Program-made: the position numbers and the translations under genes
Shown: positions 30,098 to 41,058 of the stretch, piece by piece
How positions within the stretch are numbered: position 1 is the stretch's first letter
Layout of the letters: each line of letters opens with the position of its first letter
Source: Candidatus Woesearchaeota archaeon
GTDB lineage: Archaea; Nanobdellota; Nanobdellia; Woesearchaeales; UBA119
Assembly: GCA_035363095.1 (NCBI GenBank)
Contig: DAOSEK010000001.1
Span: 17,233-81,232 of the forward strand
Direction of reading: 5' to 3'
DNA length: 64,000 nucleotides
The notes under the pieces: generated by a model
Told to the model about the DNA's origin: nothing
What the model saw: the letters and a program-made list of their open reading frames with translations, nothing else
Databases searched by the model: none

Positions 30098-30604
30098 ATG
30101 AAGGTAGGAATTATTTCAGATACTCATTCAAACATTGCTTCTATTAAAAAATCATGTAAGATATTTAATGAACAGAATATAAATGTAATATTGCACTGTG
30201 GTGATATTACATCAGAGGATGCATTAAGGGAGTTTAGAGATTTTAAGTTGTATTTTGTATTTGGAAATATTGATGCTAACAAGGATGAGCTTGAGAGAAC
30301 ATCAAATGAATTGGGCTTTTATTGTCTAAAAGAAGAGGGTGCGATTATTTTGGACAAAAGAAGAATAGCATTAATACATGGCGATAATAAAAAGAGGCTT
30401 TTGGAAATAATTGAACAACAAGAATTTGATATTATTTTGACGGGACACACTCATAAGAAAGAAGCGTATTTTTTTGGGAAAACACTTGTAATTAATCCCG
30501 GCGCACATAATCCTATAAACACTCTTCGAGAGAATAGAACTATTGCAGTGTTAGATTTGGATAAAGCACTAACCGCTGAAAATGTCAGCTTTTTTTCAAT
30601 ATAG
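30098..30604 (+). CDS. MJ0936/YfcE-family metallophosphoesterase
   Basis: The motifs are GIISDTHSN, HCGDITS, GNIDAN, LIHGDN and TGHTHKKE, in the canonical calcineurin-like order. The track start at 30089 is a GTG. The first ATG is at 30098. Confidence 0.75.
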   Translation: MKVGIISDTHSNIASIKKSCKIFNEQNINVILHCGDITSEDALREFRDFKLYFVFGNIDANKDELERTSNELGFYCLKEEGAIILDKRRIALIHGDNKKRLLEIIEQQEFDIILTGHTHKKEAYFFGKTLVINPGAHNPINTLRENRTIAVLDLDKALTAENVSFFSI

Positions 30605-30675
30605 TAGTCTATTTAGTGGTTGGAGAATGTTTACAAGGAAAAAAATAGGAACAAAAGATAAGAAAAAAAGAAAGA

Positions 30676-31947
30676 TTAGCCCCACTTTTTTATTGCCAGA
30701 GCTAATTCAGGGTGATTTTGGGCATATTTTTTTAAGGAAATTTTTGATAGGCTTGCGTCAAGTGCCTGTCTTATTGCTTTAGCTCCTTGAGTCGTTCCTT
30801 TAGGATGGCCATGACATCCACCACCAAATTGAAATACTGTGTGAACGCCAAAGATTTTGCATAGTGCGGGGATATGCCCTGGATGAAGTCCGCCTGAACT
30901 TACCGCAAGCGTGGGTTTTATTTTGCTCCAGTCTTCTGTTAGAGATTCCATTTCAATCTTATCGGCCTCAATTTCATTAAATATTATTTTAACTTCGCTT
31001 TCTGAACCTTGCATTTTGCCAACGGCTGTTCCAATATGAACTAAGTCTACTCCTGCAAGTCTTGATATTTTTGCGATTACAAGCATTGAAACACCATGAT
31101 GGGGATTTCTTGTGATTGCGGCATGCATTGCTCTGTGAGCATGGATTATTAGCCCTTTTGAGTTGTTTCTAAGGGTTTGAAGTGCTCCAAAACCAGTTGT
31201 TAGAATATCTACCATAATGGTTTCTCCACCTAAAGATTTTACATAATCAAGACGTTTTAGCATCTCTAAAGATTCTGCAGTAACGTTTGCAAGGTATAGC
31301 TTTTTTTCGCCTGTTTTTTGCTCTGCTTTTCTTTTTTGTTCAAGGGTTTTTTTAATTCTTTCTCTGAATTTGTTAAATGTCATGTTTGTGAGATTTTCAT
31401 CATCTTTTACTATGTCTATTCCACCAACCCACGCGTCGTAGGCTACTTTTGCATGTTCGGTTGCGCTTAGACCCACTTTTGGTTTTATTATTGTTCCTAC
31501 AAATGGACGATTGTATACACCTGTTATTTTTCTAATCCCTTCGATACCATGCAAGGGACCTTTGAATGATTCTATGTACTTTTTTGGGAAGTATATGTTT
31601 TCAAGTCTTAGTGTGTTTAATAATTTCATTCCAAATATGTTTCCGGCAATTGCTGATAGGAGTTGAGGAAGATTGCCTAGTTCGAAAAGCTCAATTGGAT
31701 ATGCAATTTTTATTTTGTATAAATTTTTGGAGATTTTTGTTATTGAATAAACGTGAGGGGATAGTCTTTTTTGTATTGAGCTTGTTAGGGTGTATATGTC
31801 TGTCCATGTGCCTATTGAACTTTCTGCAGCAATTTGTGAGGAAACAGATTCTATTGAGTTTGATTTTGCTTTAGAAACTAAGTAATAACAGATTAGTTCT
31901 TCTTTTTTTGGAATATACTCTAAATCAACGTATTCGAATTTTTTCAT
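30676..31947 (-). CDS. rbcL: Ribulose-1,5-bisphosphate carboxylase/oxygenase large subunit, archaeal form III-like
   Basis: The lysine-carbamate and catalytic loop region is GTIIKPKVGLSATEHAKVAYDAWVGGIDIVKDDENLT. The C-terminus has GGLHPGH and FQFGGGCHGHP. The protein is 423 aa, typical of form III. Confidence 0.85.
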   Translation of the reverse strand: MKKFEYVDLEYIPKKEELICYYLVSKAKSNSIESVSSQIAAESSIGTWTDIYTLTSSIQKRLSPHVYSITKISKNLYKIKIAYPIELFELGNLPQLLSAIAGNIFGMKLLNTLRLENIYFPKKYIESFKGPLHGIEGIRKITGVYNRPFVGTIIKPKVGLSATEHAKVAYDAWVGGIDIVKDDENLTNMTFNKFRERIKKTLEQKRKAEQKTGEKKLYLANVTAESLEMLKRLDYVKSLGGETIMVDILTTGFGALQTLRNNSKGLIIHAHRAMHAAITRNPHHGVSMLVIAKISRLAGVDLVHIGTAVGKMQGSESEVKIIFNEIEADKIEMESLTEDWSKIKPTLAVSSGGLHPGHIPALCKIFGVHTVFQFGGGCHGHPKGTTQGAKAIRQALDASLSKISLKKYAQNHPELALAIKKWG

Positions 31948-32191
31948 TTAATACCACCTTTTTGTTTTTTGTATTCAAGATTAAATCTTTTAAGATAGTT
32001 TTGTATGTCTCGAAAGTAGCGTCTCTTAACTATAGCACGCCTTGATTATATATGGTGTGTCTGGGCAATAGTATATCTTGACTACCTTTGTTATTTAAGG
32101 GCTTTTGTTTATATATTTTGTGATGGATTTTCTTAATTGAAGATTTTTGGAAAAAAATATAAAGCAAAGGCTTTTCCAGCTTGAAATGGAT

Positions 32192-32264
32192 GGGCTCGTT
32201 GTCTAGTGGCTATGATGTCGCCCTTACAAGGCGAAGGTCGCCAGTTCGAATCTGGTCGGGCCCA
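32192..32264 (+). tRNA. tRNA-Val (anticodon TAC)
   Basis: The sequence is GGGCTCGTTGTCTAGTGGCTATGATGTCGCCCTTACAAGGCGAAGGTCGCCAGTTCGAATCTGGTCGGGCCCA. The anticodon stem TCGCC/GGCGA encloses loop CTTACAA. The T-loop is TTCGAAT. A T-tract follows. Confidence 0.8.
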
Positions 32265-32340
32265 TTTTTTAATTTTTGCTTTTGTTTTTGTCGTCTTTAA
32301 TGACATTATTTAACAATAAAGGATTAAGGGTGATCTTTTT

Positions 32341-33420
32341 ATGATGAAGGTAAATAATCTTAAACAATATGTTTCTAGAAAGATTTTGTCAAGTGATGAT
32401 GCTATGAAAAAAATTTCTTTTTTTAAGGAACAGGGAAACAAAGTTGGATTATGCCATGGGGGTTTTGATTTGATCCACCCAGGACATTTCAAGCATTTTG
32501 AATCAGCAAAAAATAAATGCGATGTTTTGTTTGTTTCTATTACAGCTGATAATTTTGTGACAGATAGGAAAGGTTTTGGAAGACCAATTTATACAGAAAA
32601 TTTAAGGGCTTACATGACTGCTTGTTGTGAGTTTGTGGATTTTGTTGTGATATCAAATTATAAGCTAGGGGTTGATGTTATTAATTTGTTAAAACCTAAT
32701 CTTTATATTAAAGGACCTGATTTTATAAATAAAAATACCCCCGGGATTACTGCTGAGAGAGAGGCAATTTTAGGTGTTAATGGGGAAATGGCGTATACTA
32801 CTGAGGATGCGATGTCTACTACGGGAATCATTGAGTACATAAAGAATGTGGTTGATAGAAAGGAAGTTCTTTTGGTAATAGATAGGGATGGTACAATAAT
32901 TGAGAATAATGACTTTTTTGGAAAAAATGATAACTGGAAAGAGGAACTTAAATATAATTTAGGGGTTGTTAATGCGCTATCTACACTTCAGACTAAATAC
33001 AATACTACCAATGTTGTTGTTACAAATCAAGGGGGTGTAGCTAGGAAACTATTTGATTGCAAAAGAGTGGAAGAGATTAACAAACAGATTGATTTGGATT
33101 TGAAAGGCTTGGGTATTAGGATAGATAACTGGCAGTATTGTCCTGATATTGATTCTAAGTATGCATCACTTCACCCTGAGTTTGATTTGGATAAAAGGTT
33201 TGTAAAAGATGTTACTAAAAGAAAGCCAAACACTCAGATGGTTTTGGATTCTCTAAAAGAGCTGGGAAAGGGTATTGAAAGCTTTTCAAAGGTTATAGTT
33301 TTAGGAGATAGAGAGGAAGATGGGAATCTTTCTAAAAACCTTGGTGCTAACTTTATTGATGTTAATGAAAAAGGTTATGATGAGATAATATCTCAAGCCA
33401 AGACATTTTTAGATGAATGA
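32341..33420 (+). CDS. Fusion protein: N-terminal HxGH nucleotidyltransferase (RfaE-II/HldE-C, RibL/TagD-like) plus C-terminal HAD-IIIA phosphatase (GmhB-like)
   Basis: The N-terminal half has GLCHGGFDLIHPGHFKHF, the HxGH cytidylyl/adenylyltransferase signature. The C-terminal half has HAD motif I (LLVIDRDGTIIEN), motif II (VVVTNQGGV) and motif IV (VLGDREEDG). Confidence 0.65.
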   Translation: MMKVNNLKQYVSRKILSSDDAMKKISFFKEQGNKVGLCHGGFDLIHPGHFKHFESAKNKCDVLFVSITADNFVTDRKGFGRPIYTENLRAYMTACCEFVDFVVISNYKLGVDVINLLKPNLYIKGPDFINKNTPGITAEREAILGVNGEMAYTTEDAMSTTGIIEYIKNVVDRKEVLLVIDRDGTIIENNDFFGKNDNWKEELKYNLGVVNALSTLQTKYNTTNVVVTNQGGVARKLFDCKRVEEINKQIDLDLKGLGIRIDNWQYCPDIDSKYASLHPEFDLDKRFVKDVTKRKPNTQMVLDSLKELGKGIESFSKVIVLGDREEDGNLSKNLGANFIDVNEKGYDEIISQAKTFLDE

Positions 33421-33630
33421 TTTTTCTATATATTTTTTAATTTTAGGTTTGAGAGAAGTTCCTTTAAGGAACATTGATACTTGTTTTTGCAATGAACTTC
33501 ATTTATAATATGTGAAATACATTAATAGCCATTAAATATGAAGTGATAATGTATATTATGCAATGTTGTGCTTTAAGACAATAAATTTTTTTATTAATTA
33601 AATTCTTTCTTATCAACAAATTGTATAAGG

Positions 33631-34635
33631 GTGATTATTTTGAATAATTCAGAAGAATATGCAAAATCCAAGTTGGGATTCTTAAATGATGCATTAAAAA
33701 ATCAAATGTTAGTGGATGAGAATGATATCGAAGAGATTCTAACCCCTCGCAGTTTTTCTGTATATCGGGCTGCAAAACCTTATTATCTTAAAGCTGCAGG
33801 AAAGGATTATGGATTTGATCTAAGACATATTTATGTGTCCTTAAAAATAGCCATAGCATTATCAGACTCTATCGATGCGAATAGTAACGTTATTGTACCT
33901 GCAATTTTGGTTCATGATGCAGGCAGATACAAGACCCCAGTAGGAGTAGACAAGATTAATCATTCTTCTTTTGCTCAAAGACTTATTCATATGCTTGAAG
34001 GTTCTTTACTTGCAAGAGAGCAACTTCCTTTGAAAGAAAATGGTTATAGCACATCACAAATCAATGATATTAGTGATATTATAGCAGTTCATGATTGGTC
34101 TTATCTCAGAAATTTTGATATTCCAAGTGAACTTGCCAACAAAGAAAATTCAGAGTTAGTTGTAGAATTTGGCGATACTAAAAGATCAATTGAATCAATT
34201 TTTGAGGAGTTGAGTAGAATTAAAGAAAAAGGGATTATGAATACTGAAGAGTTTAAGATTGTTGAGGATGCTGATAGATTAAATGTACCTGCTACCGCAA
34301 GCTTTTTGAAGGATTATTGGAAAACAAATTACTCTAATTTCACGCCACTTGAGTTTTTCTTTTTGAGACAAAGTTATTTTGGGATTTTTGACGAAGATAA
34401 TGCAAGGCAAGAAGGGCTTAGTAGGGAGCGAATAGAATACATTCTTAAAAAAACTAAGCACCAAAAAATCAATTTTGAAGAAGCTCGCGAAATTGTCAGT
34501 CGCATAATACTCGAAAAAAAGCCAATTGTAAAACAAGGCGTTTTAGATCTTCAAGAGTTTAATACGGAGGATTTTCCAAGATTGTTGGAATCTGAACTTG
34601 CTTCGGAGAATTATTTATTAGGACATGTTCTTTAG
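33631..34635 (+). CDS. HD-domain phosphohydrolase-like protein
   Basis: The spaced H...HD...D pattern is present (PAILVHDAGRYKT ... IAVHDWSYL). The start is uncertain: GTG at 33631, or TTG at 33640 after an aagggtga Shine-Dalgarno-like site. Confidence 0.5.
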   Translation: MIILNNSEEYAKSKLGFLNDALKNQMLVDENDIEEILTPRSFSVYRAAKPYYLKAAGKDYGFDLRHIYVSLKIAIALSDSIDANSNVIVPAILVHDAGRYKTPVGVDKINHSSFAQRLIHMLEGSLLAREQLPLKENGYSTSQINDISDIIAVHDWSYLRNFDIPSELANKENSELVVEFGDTKRSIESIFEELSRIKEKGIMNTEEFKIVEDADRLNVPATASFLKDYWKTNYSNFTPLEFFFLRQSYFGIFDEDNARQEGLSRERIEYILKKTKHQKINFEEAREIVSRIILEKKPIVKQGVLDLQEFNTEDFPRLLESELASENYLLGHVL

Positions 34636-34647
34636 ATTATTTTTTTG

Positions 34648-35026
34648 ATTTAATGAAATCCTCGCTCATTTGCATACTTTGGTTAATAGAAAAGCATACC
34701 TTGTATTTCAACAAGAGGACTCGGTACGCTTTTTTGTAATGAAAAACCTCGGCATAAATGTCGAGGTATCTTTAGGATAGTCGAGGTTAATCCTTGCATG
34801 AATCCGTCTATTCTAATTTTGGCTTGAAAGACCAAAGTATGCGAATGACGGATTCATGAAATCTACAACCTCTCTGAACGTAGCGTATGCTTTTATATTA
34901 CCAACATACTCGTCCTTTAGGACAAGGTTGTTGATTTTTCAAGCCGAAGTAAGAAAGGAAGCGTGTATGGAGCAAAAGACCTTAACTTCTTGTGAGATAT
35001 CTTGATAGTTATGCCAATGTTTTTAA
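34648..35026. repeat. Composite structured intergenic repeat, triple-nested: A2(-)-C(-)-[A(+) full]-B(-)-A1(-, degenerate)
   Basis: It reads gatttaatgaaatcctcgctcatttgcatactttggttaat (A 3' part, reverse), then aaaagcataccttgtatttcaacaagaggactcggtacgctttttt (C, reverse). A full module A follows in forward orientation (gaaaaacctcggcataaatgtcgaggtatctttaggatagtcgaggttaatccttgcatgaatccgtctattctaattttggcttgaaagaccaaagtatgcgaatgacggattcatgaaat). Then comes B in reverse (atctacaacctc...aaggttgttgat), then ttttcaagccgaag... (A 5' part, reverse, degenerate). Confidence 0.8.
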
Positions 35027-35155
35027 CTTATTTTTGTAGTTGGTTAATAGAGAAGTAAGTATTATGATAATGGCTTTTAATTTTTTTTGGATTAGTTTCG
35101 TAGTGGGTTTTGAAAATGGTTAATTATTTAAACAGATTGTTTTTTTGAACCGTAT

Positions 35156-36985
35156 ATGTCTCACATAAATAACAAGCAAAAATATTTAGATGAGAAATAT
35201 AGTTGGGATATTAGCGATATAATTAAAAGCGAGGAGGAATTTTTTGCGCTTTGTGAAGAGCTTAAATCAGATTTAGCAGTTATTGAAGGGTTTAAGAAAG
35301 ATCTTTCTCCTAATATGAGTCAAGAGGAGTTTTCAAAGATTGTGAGTTTTAATGAAGTGGTTTCTAAAAAAGGAGCAAGGCTTTTGGGGTATGTTGGATT
35401 GATGTCTTCTATGGATATAAAATCACAAGAGGTGATGAAATATTCAAGGGTGTTGGAAAGGCTTGAACTTGCAATGGGAGATAAGGCAAGATTTTTTTCT
35501 CATTGGATTATGGGACTTAAGGTTGAAGGAATTGATGTTTTAGATGATGAGAATGCAAAAAGGCTTTTTAGGAGCAACCCTTTTTTAGAGAGTAGTTTTT
35601 TACATAAAAGGGAAGCCGCTAAGCATGCTTTGTCTGAAAGAGAAGAACAAATTATTCATCGAAAAGAGATGTATGGTATTGATGTTGTTGGAGAGTTATA
35701 CGATCATATTGTAAATGATTTTTCTTTTGAAATAAGGGTTAAAGAAAGGAAGAAAAAGATTTCAAATTTAAGTGAACTTACTAAATATTTTTATAGCAGA
35801 AATCGAGAGGAGAGGGTGTCTGCTTATAAGAGTCTTTTGGATACTTATTCAAAACATAAGGAAAAGTTTTTTTCTATTTATTCAGCAATTATTAAGGATT
35901 TGAATGTTGATGTGTCTTTAAGAAATTTTAAAAGTCCTATTTCAGCAGTAAATTTTTCTAATGAACTTTCTGAAGAAGCGGTTAATGCTCTTATTAGTTC
36001 TTGTGAGGATAATGAGGAGATTTTTAGGGAATTTTTCAGACTTAAAAAAAGAATATTAGGTATAAGCGATTTTGGAAGAGAGGATGTTTATGCTCCTTTA
36101 GGTTTAGAAAGAAATCAAAAAAGGTTTAGTTATGCTCAGTCAAAAAAGATTATTATGGATAGTTTTGAGGGATTTTGTAAGGATTTTAAGAGAAAGGCAA
36201 CAGAGATTATTGATTCAAGGCATGTTGATGTTTACCCAAAAGAGAATAAACGTTCAGGTGCTTTTTGTGCGCCTATTTCTCCAGATATAAGGCCTTATGT
36301 TCTAATGAATTTTACAGGTACAAGAAATGATGTTTCAACACTTGCGCATGAGTTAGGTCATGGGATACATGCTATCTACTCGTCTAAGTTGCCTATGAGT
36401 GTATATAACGCTTCTATTCCCCTTTGTGAGACTGCTTCTGTCCTTTGCGAAACAATTGTTGCTCAAAGGTTGTTTGATAGTCTTACAGATGTTGAGAAGA
36501 TCTCGTTTTTAGGGGAAAGGATTATGAATAGTTATGCAACTATTTGCAGACAAAATAGGTTTATTATTTTTGAGATTAAGGCACATGATCTTATTACAAA
36601 TAACAATGTTGGAGAAGAGGAGTTATCAGAGCTTTATTACTCAAATATTTCTAAGCTTTTTGGTGATTCTTTGAAGGTTTCAAAAGATTTTAGATGGGAA
36701 TGGTGCTATATCCCACATATTATCCACTCCCCGTTTTATTGTTATTCTTATAGTTTTGGGAATCTTTTGTCTTTGTCAATTTATAATCGATATAAGAAAG
36801 AAGGGTCAAGGATTGTTGATGATGTTTTGAGGATTCTATCCAGTGGCTCAAGTGAGAATCCTGAAAAACTTTTGATGTCTTGTGGATATGATGTTACTAA
36901 AAAGGAGTTTTGGGATAATGGATTTAGTACAATTAATGAGTGGGTTTCAAAGTTAAGATTGCTTGCTCAAAAGAGTGGATTATGA
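35156..36985 (+). CDS. pepF: Oligoendopeptidase F (M3B family zinc metallopeptidase)
   Basis: The HEXXH zinc site is TLAHELGHGIHAIYS. The 609 aa protein has the conserved M3-type C-terminal half. Confidence 0.8.
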   Translation: MSHINNKQKYLDEKYSWDISDIIKSEEEFFALCEELKSDLAVIEGFKKDLSPNMSQEEFSKIVSFNEVVSKKGARLLGYVGLMSSMDIKSQEVMKYSRVLERLELAMGDKARFFSHWIMGLKVEGIDVLDDENAKRLFRSNPFLESSFLHKREAAKHALSEREEQIIHRKEMYGIDVVGELYDHIVNDFSFEIRVKERKKKISNLSELTKYFYSRNREERVSAYKSLLDTYSKHKEKFFSIYSAIIKDLNVDVSLRNFKSPISAVNFSNELSEEAVNALISSCEDNEEIFREFFRLKKRILGISDFGREDVYAPLGLERNQKRFSYAQSKKIIMDSFEGFCKDFKRKATEIIDSRHVDVYPKENKRSGAFCAPISPDIRPYVLMNFTGTRNDVSTLAHELGHGIHAIYSSKLPMSVYNASIPLCETASVLCETIVAQRLFDSLTDVEKISFLGERIMNSYATICRQNRFIIFEIKAHDLITNNNVGEEELSELYYSNISKLFGDSLKVSKDFRWEWCYIPHIIHSPFYCYSYSFGNLLSLSIYNRYKKEGSRIVDDVLRILSSGSSENPEKLLMSCGYDVTKKEFWDNGFSTINEWVSKLRLLAQKSGL

Positions 36986-37096
36986 TTTTTATAATTTTAG
37001 TTTTGTTTATTGTATGAGGAATTTTTTTTAATAAAAGTGTGTTTAGCTTATGTTTTTTTTAGATTTTTTTATGTGGTATGTGTTCTTGTGTGAATT

Positions 37097-37220
37097 GATT
37101 TCGTGAATCCGACATTTGTATAATTTGCTTTTGAAACCAAAAGTTTGAAGATACGGATTTGTTAAACGATTAACCTCAACTGTCCTAAAGATACCTCCGA
37201 ATTTATGCTGAGGTTTTTCA
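37097..37220 (-). repeat. Solo copy of repeat module A (reverse orientation)
   Basis: It reads gatttcgtgaatccgacatttgtataatttgcttttgaaaccaaaagtttgaagatacggatttgttaaacgattaacctcaactgtcctaaagatacctccgaatttatgctgaggtttttca. Like the 24624 copy, it is followed by ttattgg. Confidence 0.8.
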
Positions 37221-37346
37221 GTTATTGGTTATTTGTTTTTTGTTAATGTGATTATTTTTAAGGGTTTAACAACTTTAAAGTCACAAAGAAAGATTTATTA
37301 AAAGGTTTCTAAAAGGTTCTAGTTATATATTTGAAAGGGTTCTAAA

Positions 37347-38705
37347 ATGAAGCAATCATCAGATAAGGGTTTTAGTAATAAAATTAACAAGCTTGGAATT
37401 GGTAAGAAAAAGAAGCTCAATAAGGATCTTTCTTTGGTTGAACTTGTGATGTATGGAGTAGGGGTTATGATTGGAGCTGGGATTTATGTTTTGATAGGTA
37501 AGGCTTCTGGGATTGCAGGATATAGTGTTTGGCTTTCTTTTATACTTGCCTCAGTGATTGCAGGGCTTAGTGGGCTTAGTTATGCTGAGATGAGTTCTAT
37601 GTTTTCTTCAAGCTCTGCGGAGTATGAGTATTGTGAAAATAGTTTTAATAAGAAGTGGATTGCAAAGACAATTGGTGTTCTTAAGCTTGCAACTTTGATT
37701 ATAGGAATGAGTGCTGTAAGCCTTGGTTTTGGGGGGTATATGAGCAGGCTTTTAGGTCTTTCTTCGGTGATCTGGGGATTTGTTCTTTTGACAGGAGTAT
37801 TTTTGCTTAATTTGTTTAGGATTAGGTTTTTAAGTAAGCTTAATAATTGGATTGTTTTAGTTACTATTCTGGGTCTTTTTGCGATTATTGTTTCAGGGGT
37901 TTTTCATATTCAATCAACTGAGCATTTTTTTGAGTTTAAGGAAGGATTTACTCCGGTGTTTGCTGGTGCAGCGCTTATTTTCTTTGCATTTTTAGGTTTT
38001 GAAGATCTAGTGAGTTTGGGAGAGGAATCTAAGTCTGCTAAGAAAAACATGCCTAAGGCTTTGGTGCTATCACTTGTGATTGTAGCGATAATTTATATGC
38101 TTGTTTCCTTTGTTTCTGTTGGAGTTTTAGAACCAAAAGAGCTTGCAAGTTCTGATTCTCCAATGAGTGAGGTTGCAAATGTTACTATGGGAAAAATGGG
38201 TGGGTTTGTTACAAGTATTATTGCTCTGATTACTACTTCTTCTACAGTTTTGATTATGTTTTTGTCTTTTACAAGAATGGCTTATGGGATTTCAAAAAAG
38301 AAGGTTATTCCAAAGATTTTTCAGGTTTTAAATAATAATAGTGTACCTGTTTTTGCAGCGGTTTTAGGTTATATTCTTTGCGTTTTGATTGTTTTTACAG
38401 GAGATATATCCAGTGTTGCAGGGATTACTGATTTTGGCGCACTTTCGATTTTTGCAAGTGTTAATCTTGCAAATATATTCTTGAGGTATAAAAAACCAAA
38501 TCTCAAGAGAGGTTTTAAGACACCTCTTAATGTGGGAAAATTCCCAGTAGTGAGTGCGCTTGGGTTAGTAAGTGCTGTTTGGATGATTTTACATTTGGAA
38601 GTTATTGTGATTTTTGCAGGAATGGGAATTGTTTTGGGAATAATTTTTTTATTTGTGATTATTGACAAGATTTTGAAAATGAAGGTTTTAAATTCCAAGA
38701 GTTAG
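37347..38705 (+). CDS. APC-superfamily amino acid/polyamine permease
   Basis: The 452 aa protein has ~12 TM segments. Its N-terminal region is characteristic of APC transporters (ELVMYGVGVMIGAGIYVLIGKASG). Confidence 0.7.
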   Translation: MKQSSDKGFSNKINKLGIGKKKKLNKDLSLVELVMYGVGVMIGAGIYVLIGKASGIAGYSVWLSFILASVIAGLSGLSYAEMSSMFSSSSAEYEYCENSFNKKWIAKTIGVLKLATLIIGMSAVSLGFGGYMSRLLGLSSVIWGFVLLTGVFLLNLFRIRFLSKLNNWIVLVTILGLFAIIVSGVFHIQSTEHFFEFKEGFTPVFAGAALIFFAFLGFEDLVSLGEESKSAKKNMPKALVLSLVIVAIIYMLVSFVSVGVLEPKELASSDSPMSEVANVTMGKMGGFVTSIIALITTSSTVLIMFLSFTRMAYGISKKKVIPKIFQVLNNNSVPVFAAVLGYILCVLIVFTGDISSVAGITDFGALSIFASVNLANIFLRYKKPNLKRGFKTPLNVGKFPVVSALGLVSAVWMILHLEVIVIFAGMGIVLGIIFLFVIIDKILKMKVLNSKS

Positions 38706-39066
38706 GGGTTTGTGTATGAATTTAATGGGCGTAAAGTGAGAATTGAATGGGAATCTTTAGGTAAGAAAAAAGAGTTTTTGATAAGTGCTTTTTTTAGTTT
38801 AATTTTTCGGGGTTGAGATTGGTTATTGATATTATTACTATTTTATTGTTATCATTGTTATTATTAATTATTATCAATTTGTTTTTGGCGAGTGCTATTT
38901 GAGTTAATGAATTGGTGTTTTTGCATGTTTTTTTATTGATAGGATTTTTAGGTATAAGTAATAAGGAAAGGATTTAGAATAAGATTCACAACTAGAATTC
39001 TTGAATTAATAAATTCAATCGTTCACAACAGATTTTATGGTGTTTATGCCTTAAAAAGTCATTTAT

Positions 39067-41058
39067 TTAGTTTTGCATCTTTTTTAGGTTTGAGAGGATT
39101 TTTTCATTGGAGTCCCATTCCAGAGCTTGTTCTAATACTTCAACAATGTTTGTTACAGGTATTAGTTTTACTTTTGATAGTCTTTCTTTTGGAACAACAA
39201 TATCTTGAATGTTTGATTTTGGAACTATTATGTTTTTAACCCCTGTATCAATTGCAGCGTCTACTTTTGCTGATACCCCACCTACTGGGAGAACTTCTCC
39301 TCTCACTGAGAGGCTTCCCGTCATTGCGAAGTTTTGTTTTACTGGGATTTTTTTAAGGGCTGAGATTATTGCTGTTGCTACTGCTACACTTGCAGAATCG
39401 CCTTCTACTCCTTCGTAGGTTTGAAGGAACTGGATATAGACATCATATTTATCGTTTATGTCTTCGCCAAAGAATTTTTTTATGATTGCAGATACATTTT
39501 TTACTGCTTCTTTGGCTATTTCGCCTAATTTTCCAGTTGCGATAAACTCGTTCTTTTTTCCACCAGGTGTTATCTCTGCTTCGATTGGTAAGAGTATCCC
39601 TGAGAAAACTGGGGATGAACCCATTACTGCAAGACCATTTACCCTTCCTATTCTTATTCCGTTTGTTACTATTACTTCGTATTCTTTTTTTCTTAAGACA
39701 TAACTATCAGCTATTTGTTGTTCAAGGGTTCTTGCGATTTGTTTTGCTCTGACTACGTGGTCCCTATCTACTAGGTTAGCTTTGTTTTCAAGGGCTAAGT
39801 CGCCTGCTGCGCGGACTATTCCACCAAGGTCTCTAAGTAAGAGACTTAGATGTCCTTTTCGATTTGAACGTCTTTTTGCTTCAAGGATTATTTCTTCTAC
39901 TGCTTCTTTTGTGAAGTGTGGTATTTTTCCATCTCTTGATACTTCTTGGGCGATGAATTGAGCGATTTTAAATCTATTCTCTGGAGTGTCTTGGAAGGTA
40001 TCTTTCATGTATACTTCATATCCATATCCTCTTATTCTAGATCTTAGGGCGGGATGCATGTTCTTTATGGTATCTATGTTTCCTGCAGCGAGAAGAATAA
40101 ATTTGCAGGGTACTGGTTCGGTCCTAACCATAGCTCCTGCACTTCTTTCGCTTTGACCTGTTATTGGAAATTGCCCCTCCTGAAGCGCTGTTAAAAGGTC
40201 TTGTTGGGTATGTGCTTTTAGTGTTGCAATTTCATCTATGAATAATACGCCCATGTTGGCTTTGTGTATCATTCCTGCTACTACTCTCATGTGTGCAGGG
40301 GTTCCTAATCCCCCACTTTGGAAGGGGTCATGTAATACGTCGCCAAGCAAGGCTCCTGCATGAGCACCAGTTGCATCGTAAAATTGGCTTTTGTCTTTGT
40401 TGAAGTTATCAACTATTATGTAGGGTGTGTTTTGGGATGCTGTTTTTCTTTGACCTAGATTGATAAAAAGCATGAATGCGCCTAATAAAAACCATGAGCC
40501 GATAAGAGTTGCAGCGCCCATTATATCACCGTAATGAGCCCTGATTAACCAAGGGGCTATTATTGAGACTATTAGAAGAATTATTATGATAAAACCACTG
40601 TTTTTGAGGCTATTTTGGATTGAAAGGTTTGCTACTGATATTAGTTCTCTTCCTTTGCCTGCTGGAACAGATCTTATTAGAGGCTGGTTTTCATCGTGTG
40701 GATTTGGATAAGACAGCACATCAACAAGGTTTTCTTTTGGCAAAAGCTTTGCTAAAGCCATTCCAAGCATGCTTTTTCCTGTTCCAGGTTCTCCGATTAA
40801 AAGTACATGTCTTCTTTGTGTTGCTGCTTTTTTGATTATTTCAACTGCACCTTCCTGACCGATTACTTGGTCTATTAGGTCAGTTGGTACTTTTATTTCT
40901 GAGGTGTTGTTGTAGTTAAAAGTAGAAGGTTCTTTATTTGTTTGAATATTAGTTGTTTGAGTGGACTCTATTTTAATCTGTTGAGAAGCATTTTCTTTTT
41001 TGGACTCTTCTTTTTTAGGCTCTTCTTTTTTAGGTTTTTGATTTTTTGTAGTAGGCAT
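39067..41058 (-). CDS. lonB: Archaeal-type membrane-bound Lon protease (LonB)
   Basis: The AAA+ Walker A is [16 protein letters not shown] helices are inserted in the ATPase domain. The C-terminal protease domain has the catalytic Ser ([16 protein letters not shown]) and a downstream Lys. Confidence 0.85.
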   Translation of the reverse strand: MPTTKNQKPKKEEPKKEESKKENASQQIKIESTQTTNIQTNKEPSTFNYNNTSEIKVPTDLIDQVIGQEGAVEIIKKAATQRRHVLLIGEPGTGKSMLGMALAKLLPKENLVDVLSYPNPHDENQPLIRSVPAGKGRELISVANLSIQNSLKNSGFIIIILLIVSIIAPWLIRAHYGDIMGAATLIGSWFLLGAFMLFINLGQRKTASQNTPYIIVDNFNKDKSQFYDATGAHAGALLGDVLHDPFQSGGLGTPAHMRVVAGMIHKANMGVLFIDEIATLKAHTQQDLLTALQEGQFPITGQSERSAGAMVRTEPVPCKFILLAAGNIDTIKNMHPALRSRIRGYGYEVYMKDTFQDTPENRFKIAQFIAQEVSRDGKIPHFTKEAVEEIILEAKRRSNRKGHLSLLLRDLGGIVRAAGDLALENKANLVDRDHVVRAKQIARTLEQQIADSYVLRKKEYEVIVTNGIRIGRVNGLAVMGSSPVFSGILLPIEAEITPGGKKNEFIATGKLGEIAKEAVKNVSAIIKKFFGEDINDKYDVYIQFLQTYEGVEGDSASVAVATAIISALKKIPVKQNFAMTGSLSVRGEVLPVGGVSAKVDAAIDTGVKNIIVPKSNIQDIVVPKERLSKVKLIPVTNIVEVLEQALEWDSNEKILSNLKKMQN

